Below are positions 1 to 15,000 of a stretch of DNA of 64,000 bases, piece by piece (position 1 is the stretch's first letter; each line of letters opens with the position of its first letter). Made by a program: the position numbers and the translations under genes. The notes beneath the pieces were generated by a model. The model was not told the DNA's origin and made no database searches. It saw only the letters and a list, made by a program, of their open reading frames with translations. This DNA comes from Antedon mediterranea (taxonomy: Eukaryota > Animalia > Echinodermata): assembly GCF_964355755.1 (NCBI RefSeq), contig NC_092678.1, positions 3,426,422 to 3,490,421 of the forward strand, read 5' to 3'.

Positions 1-96
1 TTCCAGTGCAATTGGATAAACCAATCTGTTGTATTATTTTTATCTTGATATTGTTTGACTAATCATTACATTATTCGTGTTCATGTTTGATTTTAG

Positions 97-3000
97 ATAA
101 CTTTAGATATACAGGAACTTCCTCCACTTACTGATGGCTCAAGTTATAGATGTGATTTTGACAAGGGCGCGTTTGAGTCGGAACTCGTAGTTGGGACGAC
201 CACCACGTGTTTATCACCTTCATTAGATAAAATACCAAACATACCTACTGATGAAGGTAAAAAAAAAGATTTTTAAGTAAAAACACCATGCCGCAAAATA
301 TAATTTATTAAAGTTAACAAAATAAGTTCATATCATCATGATAGTTTGTTTGTATATATATTAGATTTTGTTTTGTGCCTATATTATTATAATATTTTAC
401 GTATGTTGACATGTTTCTATGACAATTCTATTTAGTTTTAAATACCTGTATAAATATTATTTATTAAAGATTGATATGAACCCACAAAAGACAAAAAAAA
501 AGTAAAAAAATAACCTGTGCCTGATGAAATACCAAAAGGCAGGGTAATAATAATGAAATGCTATAATCGGGCCATTTTTTTGTAACAACCATAAACAAAT
601 AATCATTCTCACTGCACTTAATTACACATAATTCTGTACATGTCAACAGCAGACAATATTTAATGAAAAATAAAAGCCTATTTGTGTAATCCAATGAACA
701 AACATAGCCAATTTTTAAAACTATTAATTTATTTTTAACAAATATATTTTTAAAATTTCAGAATTCATTACAATTGAACTTGCTGTATATTCTTCAGAAA
801 CGAGAATTAATTTTTTAGAAACCGAATTTGTGTATTACAATTGTGGTAGATTTTCGACGTAAGTACAACAACTCATGAGAAAAAAAGAAAAAAACAGGGA
901 TGGTGGGGGTAGGGACACACACCAGGTTAAGAGATTCAACCATATGATAGACACAATTTGTGAAATAGTATAACATAAAGAATTTAAGAGATATAAACAA
1001 ATTGATTTAGTGTTAGTATGAATAGACAAATACAAATTTAGATTAGAATGAATAATTTATTGATAGTGAACAGGATATAAATCTGTATGGAGAAAGGATA
1101 AACAAACTCTATTGAAAAAGCCACAAAGGATTATGAGTAATGCTTTAATTGTTGGACTGATAGCAACAATTATAAGGAAACCATTCAATTGAAAACATGT
1201 AATTCAACTGTAAACTGCACAACTATCCTATTATTAAATGTCAATGATAAAGATCTCATGGCAAATTTTAGGTCCTGTCCTGTTTGTATTGTAATTTGCA
1301 AAATTATGAAGGGGGTCCCTGGGGCTGGCTTGGCCCAGGGGCTGGCTTGGCCCCGCCCCTTTGAGTCACGTATGATTGTTAGTATAAAAGGTAGCAAAAT
1401 TGGTTTTTAAAGGTGGAATTTAAGTTTAAGAATGTAGAGAGTGTGTGTAAAACAAATAACTGAAACTAACATCCAGAAGTTGTTTAAAAGTGGCTGAAAA
1501 CCACCCTATGTTTAAAAAACAATTTCTACTCAGATGGTAGACTGACCACTGCATTTATTATCATTAGACCTATACTTAAGATTTCTCACAATTATATTCA
1601 CTAAAATATTTATTTCTGTTGCAGAAACAGATGTTAAGTAGGTTGATGCAGCAAAGTGATATTAAATTTTCAGGAAACTCTTCTATTTCATTATCATAAT
1701 GATAAAAAGCATTTTTAATGTGCCATATATCCGATATAATTTCTCATATATAGTAGTACAGTGTAATAAAATAACATGTTAAATAGAACTGTAACTTCCT
1801 CATATTCTGCTTATATAAATAGGGTGATGATGATCTTTGAAATTCACCTCTATGACTTCACAATCATTTTTTAGTACCCATATGCTTCCTTGTTTGTATA
1901 CAGTAATACTATTTCCTGGTAGTACTCCGACCAGTTTAATCCACTACTAACCGGGTCAAAAAATGGTATTCTAATACATTCAGTTCTAGAAAATTTTATT
2001 GGTGTATTTTATATGAAACTTTAAATTAAATGACAATTAAGTTTGGAATGATCGACATTAATGAGGTTTTGGATATTAATTAAGTTTCTGAATAATTGGA
2101 TATTATTAATGCTCTATTGTATGGTTAGAATTACGCATAAAAAGAACAAAAAAAGGAAAATTCTGGAAAAAACAAACAAATATTGTTTACTTTACTGTCC
2201 TGTTTCTCAATTAATATATTATTATCCTCTTCCTTTATTTTTTCATTTCTTTCAAATTTAAATTCAAATTTATTTCCTTTCTTTTTTCTTATAAAATAAA
2301 ATTATAATATTAATAGTATTGGCATTTTTACCATAGAAAGAAGAAGCTAGAAAAAGTACATATCAAGTCCATCCCTATAACATAACAATAGTTACAATAT
2401 TGTAATAATAATAATTTTTTTTATTACTTTAGAATTTTATTAATCTTCTTTGTGATCTATTTGATATAGGCATCACCTCAGTAAAGCTATACATACAGGG
2501 TAGCTGTGAAGATAATCTAATTCAGCTTCAGGCTATTGTAGCACCTAACTACTCTAATTTTTCAATCTATATATTCAATAAATCATTGTATTTCATGGCT
2601 ATAGAAAAAGAAAATCAAGTGCTTTTAGATTTTTTGTTTTAAAAAATGTATAAACTTTCCCGATACCACATTGCACAATATTTTTAATCACTACTTCCGT
2701 TTACTTTTAACGTCGTCACGTAGACTATTTATTTGTAATCTCTACAATAGAATTAGGATCTTTGTCATATGTTGTTGAACATTATTTCTCCATATGGTTC
2801 CTGGTTTAACACCATTTGTTTCAATATATTTAATCTTTTGTAGGTCATATAACTATGAGGAAACATTTAAACTTATATATTTCTGTTCATTACAAACTGC
2901 TTTTTTAAAATCATCTAGAATAGGCCTAATTATGTTATTCTAACTTAGTTTCGATATTTTTTAGAAGCGTCGATCCTCTCTTTTTTGTTATTAAGTTTTA

Positions 3001-6000
3001 TTTTAAAATTATATAAACTTCTTTTTACTGTTTTATTCTAATTTAAAAAAAGATCAATAAAACTATTTTTCTCATGTTAAAACACTTTTTACACGAATTT
3101 ATTTAACACATTTTTGTATTTTTAAAACACAGATGCTCTGAATGTGTTAAGGGGTGGGAAGCATGTAGATGGTGTGTTGAAGATAATGTGTGCACTGATG
3201 CGGAACAATGTAGCGACCCCGATACAACTTTATTTGTGAAACAGGTAAAGTGGTATAGGAATCATGACAAAATCAGAAATTGATGTTTGTAAATGTATAT
3301 AAAATTAGTTATATCAAACCAATTACAAATTACGAAGTTTTTCATGAAAGGAGAAAAGAATTGTTAAGAAAGTACTTACCATCTATTTTCATAATTTGTA
3401 GTACCATTGATTTGATATAAAGAATTTTATACACATAAATTGATGTAGTGCCAAAGAAATATCACATTGGTGTGCTAATTTTCATGTTACCAATCGCTCC
3501 TTCCAGTATGCTCTTTCAAAATGATACAAAACATGCAAAAACACATCAGAAAGGGATCCTAAATGTAACGTTTGGTTCTTTTGATAAAATTGACCAATTA
3601 TCAAGCCCCATCCATGTGTTTAACTTGTTTTGTTTTCAGCATACCTCTGTTAATTAAAGCATTTTTATTCAAGGAAATGTTTCATCATTAAGTTATCTGC
3701 CTGTATTTACAAAGAAGAATTTTACTCTAACGTGTCAATAACCTAAAACTTTTACAATAGGAGATTTTTTTTCCTTTGTAAAAAATTTATACAGTTTATG
3801 TGCACATGTTTCATGTGAATATTTCCCTTATTTAGAACTTGTTTGCATTACCACAAATAATTTGTTTAATACGGTTGTAAACATCCTATATTTTAAATTG
3901 CCTTTTGTTTTTTTATCTGTAGAATCAAACTGAATGCCCTCAGATAATTTCCGTTGGTGTCAGTGAATTGGTTCCTGTCAACTTCCTTAGGGAGATTGTC
4001 ATTCCAACACGGAATGTACCACAAGGAAAGGTAGTGATATATTTCTTGCCAATTTCTAAAGTATGCAAAATTATTATCAAAAACATTTCTTAAGCTTTGT
4101 CTACAGTATCTCTATCACTAAACAAGTTTGACAATAAAAGTGTGATGTGCCCATATATGGCAGTGATATGATGTCATCGTGTTCATGAGCACATCAAATT
4201 TATTTGTCATATAAAGTTCGATTGTAGATAGAGCTTTACATTGTGTGTGTTTTGTAAAGAATGTGATTGTTTTCCCGATTCTGCACTTTTGCCCCTATTT
4301 CAAAATCTTATATCTGCCACTGATAACTCAGTTCGAACTGTAATAATAACAAATCAAATTAAACTGGTCATATTTAAATTTATTTCTAAATTTACTTCTA
4401 ATATTTATATTTAATTCATGGCGGACATGTTTTTCTTTTGTTATTACATCTTGAGCTTCTTTCTGTTAATCTTATTTTATTACTAAATTGTGATGTCACT
4501 TTTGGATCTTTCTCAATCTGTTACTAATACTGTTTAAAATTCAAGAATGGTTATCTTTTGTAAAATAATACAAGTCTAACTCCAATAAAGAGGCAGAACA
4601 CATCTATTTTCTTGCATAATGTCAATATAAAGTCAACTTAAAGCAAGTTTTTTTTCCTTAAATTTGACATCCTTAGTTGTACTATTTTAAGTTTTCTTTA
4701 TGTGAGGAAAAATGTGATGTGCCCATATATAGACATGATGATGTCATATCACTACCATATTTTGGCATATCACTACCATATTTGGACACACGTTTTCTGT
4801 CAAAATATTTTTTTATAGTGTAGACAGAGCTTAACACACTAATTACTTATTTGTTAATGTTTCCCTCAGACTTATGAATGTATCTTTGAGATTGAAGGAA
4901 AAATTGAGTCAGTTTCAGCTACACTAGATGAAAGTAATATTACCTGTGGCGCGTTTAAGGTAAGAATTAACTACACAAACTCTTGCAAAACTATGTTTTT
5001 GATTCCTATTTACTATTGAATAAGATCAATTACAATCAAGCAGGTTTGGTATGTGTACGTGTGTGTACAATACATGCAAATTTGTATGTAATAATATGTA
5101 CATTTCTTATTTATCCATCATTTCTTTTTATTAGATTTCCTTTCTTTGCTTTGATATTTACTCTGTTTTTTTCAATCCATTTGTCCTTAAGTTTAGGAAA
5201 ATTTCACCCTTGTTCTACAGAGATATTGTAGGTAGATTGTAGACTATAGATGTTATTACCTATGTATGTATTTCTCATCTTAGTATAATTTCATCGCTGA
5301 CGTTGACAAGATAAGTATCGAGATGCAAGTACAATGGAGTAGTAATGTCATTGACCAAGAATATGAATGTAAGTCAAACATTAAATGTGATTATTTCTTT
5401 TTGTCAAAATCTACAAAAAAAAAAATGTCTTTTAGAGTATCATACTTTATACATCCTGAAATCTTTTAACTCCCTCAACGTTTTGTTGTCTGTGAAACAT
5501 GTTTATTTATAGGTAGACCAAACCCAGTACCATTTTTAATTGTGATCATGCAGGAAATTACCTCACGACGAAATCTTTTAACTCCCTCAACGTTTTGTTT
5601 TGAAATATGTTTATTTAATTTTTTAATTTAGTGGATTTGTACAAATGTTCAGTGAATCGACCTGACTGCAGCCGATGCATGTCAAAGGTTATCACTCCCT
5701 CGATGTATGAGTGTGTATGGTGCGATACTTCCTGTGCATACACTGGCACTTGTAACAATGCAGTTGATGTTTGCGGACCACCAGAAATAAGAAATGTAAG
5801 TTCCCAGTTACAAATTCAGAATGAATTAATCGCTACATATATCTTGGCTACTTTGGTAAATCCTTTAAAAGAACATAAATTTCATTTTAGTCTAAAGAAT
5901 AGAGAGACTTATCCTATAAAAGCAGTAGTGTAACGGCTATGAGCGCTCACTGGCTAAACCCACCCAAGGGGCCCAGAGCATGAGCAGCCCAGTGTTGAAG

Positions 6001-9000
6001 GGCCCTTGCGTTGCACCACTTCCTATAAGATCTTATTGGAAGTGGAAGAGGTGCAGATTTAAGGTAGAATCTTCTTTTTTTCTGGTATTGTCTATAACTT
6101 GCTTATTTATATATGTATACAAAATTAATTATTGATCTGGGCATGTGCATTTTTTTGGCAGATCATACCACCAACTATTGCATTTGATGTAGGCATGGCA
6201 ACGACCCATGATATAATCAAAGTGTCTGCATACAATCTTGGACTTAACGAAAGCAACGTTTTGAGCATCAATGTTAACGAAAAACCATGTGACATCATCA
6301 GTGGTTCTTTTAATTTATATGATCAAAGGTATTATACATGAACTAATAAGTTTATATTGCACTAGAATATACCACAGTGCAATGTTGCACTTGTAATAGA
6401 GTATCCCACAATGCAATGTTGCCCTTGTAATAGAGTATCCCACAATGCATGGTTGCACTTGTAATAGAATATCCCACAATGTAATGTTTGAAAAAGAGTA
6501 TCCCACAATGCAATGTACATGATAGACATCTGCAATAAGCTTTTGCTCACTGTATAGATTGCAAATAAGATAGTTATTGTATTTTTTCTCTCTAGTATAA
6601 TGTGCGAGGCACCCAAATGCACAATTGACGAATGTACAGATGTTGGAGTGGTAATTATCTCTGAAGCGGGCAACAGCACTATCTCCAATAAGTTGTCTTA
6701 CCAGGTAGATTAAAAAAAATTTTCAGTGATGTATCTACAGTAATACTGTTTTACATACAGTTCCGATAATGGAAATAGTGTATGGTACCTATGTATAAAT
6801 GCTATTTACACATTTCCAAAGAGTGAAAGTTAATTGAGTACGAACAGATGCCTTCAGAAACATTTGTGACTAAAACACAGGTTGGAATAGCTTCTGGTAC
6901 TATCCCAAAGGCATGCTGTCACACATCAATATTGTAAAACTATGTGCCATGTAGTAGTTTTAATCAGTCTTTAAATTTAATTTTCATTTACAGAACCCAG
7001 AAATAACCAATTTCACACCAGAACTTGGAATACAAGCAGGAGGAACCACTGTTAACATTAATGGAAAACTATTAGGAACAGGTTCACATAGAAGTGTCAA
7101 AATAGGGGAAGCCGACTGTATTATTACTAGGTTTGTATACAATTATAGAGTCTAAGTGAAAGCTACACTAGCTTGACAAAGACAAACATTTTTTTTCTCA
7201 CATAAAGTTTCATAGTGTAGACAGGGCTTTACTGAGATTTACATCAGGATTGTCAGTGGTGCAGGTTTAAGAAATCATTCATTCATTCATTCTCATAAGC
7301 TTAAGTTCATTCACTATATACAAAACCACAACTGACAAAGTTGATCAGCTGTACAAAAAAAATTGAAAGTAATAAGTTTACCTATTATTATTGTTATTAC
7401 AAATACATTTCTTAATTGTTTTTAGTGAGACTGATACAACCATTATTTGTAGTACTACTGAATCTGCTAGTGAAGGGAGAGCCAATGTTACTGTATACTT
7501 TGGAAACACAACCAGGAAATCCTCTAAAATGTTTAATATTACCGCCAATCCAATGGTTACTCTCGGTCTTTCAAAAAAAAGTATATGCTCGTAAGTAACA
7601 GTTTTAGTAATATGAAACTAATGTTTGCATTGGTAGTATTCTTGTGTTATAATTATCTTGTTAAAATGTATCTAACGAAATTTGAATTGTTATATGTGCA
7701 GAACTACCAATTCCCCCTCTGAACCAAAGTGCATTGCTTTTACTTATATTTTATTCAAAGCTTTGATTATTACTTTGGTTTGTTTATAGTGGTGGCTTAG
7801 AAGTTACAATAATAGGAGAAAATTTTGATGCAGTCCAGGATGTAACTATGGTAATTCTACAAAATATTACTGAGGTAGGATACTAATAAATTTATATTTA
7901 ATACTTATGAAGAAAAGGAAATAAAGTTGCACCCACCTTTCATATTAAACACATTGAATAAACTCTAAAGAAACACCCAGAGCTCTACTATAGTACCATT
8001 CACAACGTTGACTAGAAAACCCCAGAGAGATCCAATTCATATCAATTCTGCAACACCAGAGCTGTGCAAAAAAACTTAAATATTACCTATCTATTGCTGT
8101 GGATGGTAAATATCAATAAATGTTCTGCTGAGGGTGGTGTCCTGGTCCTCAACAACACTGGTATTTAGAGTTAGTTTCGTTTCACCGTTGCATCCCAGTA
8201 AGTAAGTAAGTAAGTAAGCAGGTGTGTCCTTGGTGCGTTTCTTGGGCTGAGTGTATCCTGGTGTTCAACCGCAGTGTTTTGAATTCCATAATTACAAGAT
8301 GCATATTAAGATAATGAATAATATCTAAACATTTTTCCAGAATTGCACGATTGAACAAAATGTAGTTGTAGTTTGTAAGACGCCACGACTACCTAGTAGA
8401 CATTGTCCAACCAGTTGTGATGAAGATGAAGCCTTTAATGCTGATATGCAAGTGTTCTTCGATGGTTACGTATACAACATGAGTACGTTCAAGTATGTAT
8501 TGGATCCAATATATTTTACATTTGATGAGTCTGAGCATTATGATGACGTCAATGATGGAACTTTGCAACTTTTGTCAAATACACTGAGTTTAAAGGTATG
8601 TTTGAAAGCTTTTTTTAGCGTTACATATTTTATTGTTTGATAAAGGTCAGGTGAAGAAAGTCAAGTAGTATTGCTCAACCAGACATGAAAAGTCATAACA
8701 CACAAACTAATTAAAATTTAAAAAATGTAATTATTCAAGCCTCACAGGGCAGCTTTGTATTATGCTTCCAGGAGCGGATCCAAAGGAATAGTCCTGGGAT
8801 TGCATTCTCCCCCTCTGACAGCTAAAATTACATTAAGAACTACTTTTTGATATTAATATAGTATTAAGAAAATCCTGGATCTGCCCCTGGCATCTACACA
8901 TAATTGAATTATTTATAAGTGTATTCTTTTAACTATTCAGAATATTTGATATTTTTATTTTATTTTATATCTTTTAGGGAAAAAATCTGAAATGTGCAGG

Positions 9001-12000
9001 AAATGTTGAAAATGATGTTGAGGTTAAGGTTGGAGGTGAAATTTGTAAAGTTGTGTCACTGACTGAAATAATGCTGTCATGTACAATAATTCAAAGCTCA
9101 TTTTCAAATGAGTTAGCAACTGTAAGTAAACATCAAGAATTAAACAACGACAACGACAGCAACAATTCTTTCACTCTCTAGTTGGGTGTGCTCAATATTT
9201 CGAATCCTAAAACTTTATGTCAAGGCAGACGAGGCAGTTAGCTTGTTTGGGATTTTTAATTTTCACACAACTTGTATAATTTATATTAACAACGATATTT
9301 AAAACATCTTTGCTTCATCTATTTTTTACCTCTCGCTCAGCCATAATGTCCATGTATATAAATATAGAATCCACACTAGATAATCGTTTTTGAGGAATAA
9401 CTCTTGACCATGTTTTGTACTTAATTAATTAATGCTTGATACAGGTTACACAAGGAAATTACTATGTTGAACTTGGAAAAGTCAGTCTTAAAACTACCGA
9501 AATTTGGATTGAGCTCGGAGCTTGCCTTGGAACACTAGTTGTTCTTGTTGTAATAGTTATCTGTGTGTTAAAGAAACGTGAAAATAAGGCTAAAGAAGGT
9601 CACAAAAAAGTACTCTTAGAAATGGACAATATGGTAGAGGCTGTGCAAAGTCAAGCTCATGAAGGTAATCATTTAAATGGTCTTCAATGCCAAATTGGTT
9701 CTAAATTTATACCTCAACACAGTCAAAACTATTTATATTAGCTTTTTCTTGTTCGTGAGTTTTCCATCAAAAAGTGATGTGGGGAGGCATGTCTGTACCA
9801 GTGGTATAAACCACAATATTTGTTATATTGCATGTCATTTATTTAAACAAATAAATAAACATCATTTTAAGTTTGACAGCTCAATTAATTGATTGATTGA
9901 TTGACATTATGGTTCATCATGTGACTGATTGATTTACAGCTATTGCAGAAATGGCTCTGAACCTAGATGACCTGGAACAAGATCTTGATGGGCATGGCAT
10001 GCCTTTCAGAGGACCAAAGGAGTATGCAATGATTATGATGTTCTCGGCCTACGATGCTAGACCAACACAATTTGTAAGTGTCGATTTTTTTAATATTATG
10101 AAATGCCAAAAACGGTTCCTTTACATTATCCAGTTTGAGAGAACGAGGTTCACTTCTTGGTTTGTTTAAGCTCATCAGCAAACTCAGCAAGTTCTGAACT
10201 TAACCTAATGTCCTATCGTTTACATTGTAATTTACAACAATTAGAGACTTTTTCGATCCACATCTATGTGTTCATTTATAGGTCTGTATGACAATTAGAA
10301 ATTTCTAAATAATTAAAATACATTAGCAATCAACATAATATTTTTGTCTTTTTTTGTAGGATGCCAATGAACACATCGGGGATGGTCTGACAGAATTTTC
10401 AAGACTTCTTATGAACAGAGACTTCTTGCTTACGTTTGTTGAAGTTATTAACAATAGCAACAAGTTTAGTGTCAGAGAAAAGTAAGTTAAATCAACTGTG
10501 TTACAATATAGTGAGTTTTTATTGGCCTAACCTGGTCTAAATATGATGCAAGGTTGAGTGAGATACAATGCATGACAAGTGACTACATAGTGAAAAATTA
10601 GTAGCTGATTTTAATATAGAAAACTATGATTTGTTTTGTTGCAGATCAAATTTTGCCTCGTTGCTGGCAATTGAGATGGTGGTTGAGGACAAACTAAATT
10701 ATCTCACCAGGTAAGTATATACATTTACCTTATGCCACTTCTTTAGACTGCTAAAATCAGGAAAAAAAAAGCAAAAGAAAACCAGATCAAAGAAAATGGA
10801 AATTATGTGGAATATTGGGAGTGTTTTAACTGGAAGTTTTTTAACACCTTATATTAAAATAGGCCTACTTGCAAATGCCCAACTGTAAAATGTTTAGAGG
10901 TGATGTCCGATTAAATTTTCAAATGGTAATTAAAAGGGTCTTCTTCAAGTTATACACTGTCCGATAGTATACAAATAATGAATGTTTATGAGTGCAATGG
11001 TACAAATAATGGCACGAGGTGAATGATGAAAGGTTATATCAACGAGGCAAAGCCGAGTTGATATAACCTTTCATCATTCACCAAGTGCCATTATTTGTAC
11101 CATTACACGAATACAAAACATTCATTATTTGTTTTATATAACATCTAGACGTTTTTTTTTCGTACACAAAAATGTTTCAAAAAGTACTATTTAACGATCG
11201 TTGAATAGTGCGTACTATTGCACGCCATGTGACCCACATTCGTCCAATCAAATGACAGGAATTTATATAGGTGTTATATAAAATGACATATTTATTATGA
11301 ATTTTCAGCATTTTAGAGGCTCTAGTCAGACGCCATATTGAGCACATGGTTACAGAAAGGAAGGCTAAGCAAGTACTAAGAAGGTATTGTAACAAAACAT
11401 TTGTTTGTATGGAGAATGCTTGTGAAAGTCAACATCTATTGATTCTTCACTGAAACTGAAAATAGTAAAAAGCATTGACGAATTGAAAATAGGAAATTTA
11501 TCTTGGAGGTCAAGTAGTGACATTAACAATCACTGTATGTGATTAGAGTGTTGAAAAAACAAGTTTTAATGGTAACTTGTAATTTTCTTTCTTTCTTCAG
11601 AAATGAAGGTGTCACCGAAAAGCTTCTTTCTAACTGGGTGTGTCTTTGTATGTATTCTCACCTACAGGTAAACTTTCTTAATTTTTACTTAAATTGATAA
11701 GTGTGTTCTTAATATTAAATATATGTGCTAAATAAGTGTTTCCATTTATACTATATAACATGACTTTATGGAACTAGTATAGCATTTGTTTACTATGTAA
11801 CTTTTTACCATTCATTCGGAAAAAAATCAATTTCAATAACAATATACAAAAAAATATTACCAGCATTACACAAAAAATAGAAACATGGGATAAAAAAATA
11901 AAAAAATATATATTAACTATTCATAATATACCTCTTTAGGAGCATAATGCCCGCCCTCTATACCTGATGTACCAAGCTATTCGATGTTACGTAAACAAAG

Positions 12001-15000
12001 GTGCTGTCGACGCCATCACACACCACTCGCAGCATTCGCTGAGCTTGAACACACTCCTCAGTGTCAAATCCCTTTACGAGGAAATTGTAAGTTATTAAAG
12101 GATACTTTTTAATAATACGGGTGATGTCTACACTATCAGACTAGTAATATGGTATTGATATGATGTCATCATCTCCATATATGGGCACGTCACATTTTTT
12201 TTGATAGTGTAGACAGAGCTTTAGATATCTATCAACGGTCTTCACCAGTGTACACCCAATTTAGTAATATTCAACCATTATTATTAATAGACACATGCCA
12301 CTGTCTTAGTAACAAAATAAATGTATTTGTATGTTCTATGTTTAGACACTAGAGGTAATTAACTCTGAAGATGGTAGTACCTTACGAGTTAAAGTTCTGA
12401 GTTGTGACACCATCAACCAGGCAAAAGAAAAGATTTTGGATGCATTGTTTAAGAATAAACCGTATTCTAAAAGAAGGCCAGCCAGAGATGTTGATTTAGG
12501 TAAGTAACTGTATAACATTAAAAATAACTAGAATTTAATTCGTCACTTTGACGAATTATAGGTGATCATTTTTATCATTTTAATGAAATTAACATTTTTT
12601 AAACTTGCATGTACGTTAACATACGATCGTAAAAAGTTGATGTACGCCATCCTATGACATGATGCATATACACTTATAGTGCTGAGTTGTACCTATTATG
12701 TGTCATATACAATATGTACAGTATATACTGTATATCTCTATACAGTGTAGCATAGGTGAAATCACGGGACCCACATCGTGTTCTAATTTTTTGGTATGAT
12801 AGAATTATCAAAATAAACTTGAAGATGACAACTTCGAAAGATAATGAATTGAGCAAATAAATATAAGGATTGGAAGAGAATTTGACACGTAGAAGCGCAA
12901 AGCGCGCGCTTTGAAATTTGTATAACTTTGACTAAAGAAATTTAAAAACTACTTTTTAACTTCAACTGGCCATATGATAACATCACATCATCCGATAGGC
13001 TTAATTTTAGTTCACTAGGCTAAACTAATAATAGTCAAATCTTTCATTTACTCGCCCCCCTCTCCAGAGAATTTTGTTTTCCAATGAAATTGTTCTGAAG
13101 CTTTTTGAATTCATTCATTCAATCCATGATATCAACCATTTGCATCTTAGACTGGCAACATGGAGCTGCAGGTCATTTGGTTCTACGAGATTTGGATAAC
13201 ACGTCAAAGGTCAACGGAAACAAAAAACAACTAAACACCTTGGAACACTTTAAAGTAAGTTTCCATTATATCATACTCAAATTTGGACAAAATATTCTTA
13301 TTAAACAAAATGTAATACTGCTCTTACATAAACTAAACGGGCAATATCTATGGTGGGCAAAATGTGCCAAAAATAGGTTAAGAATATAAAATATATTTAT
13401 GTAATATTACTTTTTGTTTTATAGATAAAGAGTGGATACAGAATTGCCCTTGTGCCAAAACAGAAAGAAGCAAATGTTAGAATTAGTCAAGACATTAGTG
13501 GCTTAAATGGTATTTATTCATAATAAGTTGCAAGTCAAATGTATTCATTTTAAATCAAATTATGTTAAAATTTAATTTTGTTTTTCTTACAGGCCTAGAA
13601 AATTTAGCATTTAATGGCGGAGCCTTTGACCCAGAGTCTGTCATCTATGCTGATGAAATTGATTTGGAACTTGGATCTGCCGTTTACCATTTGGTTAGTT
13701 GAATCATTTGTTTTGCCTAAAAAGAAGAAGAATATTGTTGTATGTGTCGTCCGCACTTGTAGGCTGCTGGTCGTGGGTTACTCCCCACATTTACCCATTT
13801 AATGGCGTTAGTTTATACTAGAGACGCTTCCTGTCTTGCGCAGTAACACCCCAGAAAAAGGAAATTAAAAGAACATTTTTACAAATTATTAAATTGTAGA
13901 ATTAGAATTCCTTGCCACGGTCCTGTGCTTAAATTCTCTGATATACATTTTAAAACAAATAAATGTAGAATTAAAAATATAAATAAATATATTTACAGGT
14001 TGATGAACCGGAAGAAAATGCTGGTGGTAAAGTTAAACAGAAGAAGAGGAAAATAGATGAATTGTCTTTCCCCAGAGTGCTTTCAACAAAGGTAAGCAGG
14101 CAGAGCCAAAACCAGGGTGTTGGAAAAGTGGAGGTTAAGCAAGTGGTATGGGAAGGGAGGAGGGGGTAGCAAAGCCTATGGTATGTAGGTTTGAGCACTA
14201 AAAGTTAATGATGATCACAGGTACTGAATCACAACTGTTCTTTCCCTAATTTCTTTGGTCCAAATGGTAAGTAAAAGTTAGTAAAAGTGTCTAATACATT
14301 TGTACTGTTTTTAGCAAACCATCCTTGAGTATGTACAAACGATGTTCCAGTCCATACTACAGCCAGCATCAGACAGCCACAGTCTGCCATTGGCAATTCA
14401 ATACATGTTTGACCTGTTAGACCGTGAGCAGAGGAAGCATAAAGTTGGCCAAGATGTTCTGAAAGCCTGGAAAAATCAAAGGTATATTTGCATGTTTATT
14501 AAGTAAGCAATTTACCTTTAGGACGCACATTATTGTTTAGTAGCCATATACTATTCAATCCTAATACTAATTATAGTATATTATATAATAATCTATTCAA
14601 TCAATTCATTCTTGAATGGTTTAGGCCTTGGCCTAGCCTCTTGTTAAAAGTAGGAGTGTTATAAATTGAATAATAATAAATGAATATTTTATATTCGTGC
14701 AATGGGGCAAATAATTTCATTCAGTGAAAGATGAAACCATTCATCTTTCACATCATGAAATTATTTGCCCCATTGCACTCATAAACATTAAATGTTTGTA
14801 TAATATTGTCTTCTAATTCCACAGTTTATGCGAACGGTTTTGGGTTACAGTTATCAACAACCCTGAAAATCTATTTGACATTCCAAAGACCCATCAAGTT
14901 AAGGATGCCCTCTCTGTCATCTCTAATGCATTCACAGATTCATGTTCCACAAACCAGCTACACTATTCTAAGGTTTGAACATTTTTATTTAATGGTAACA

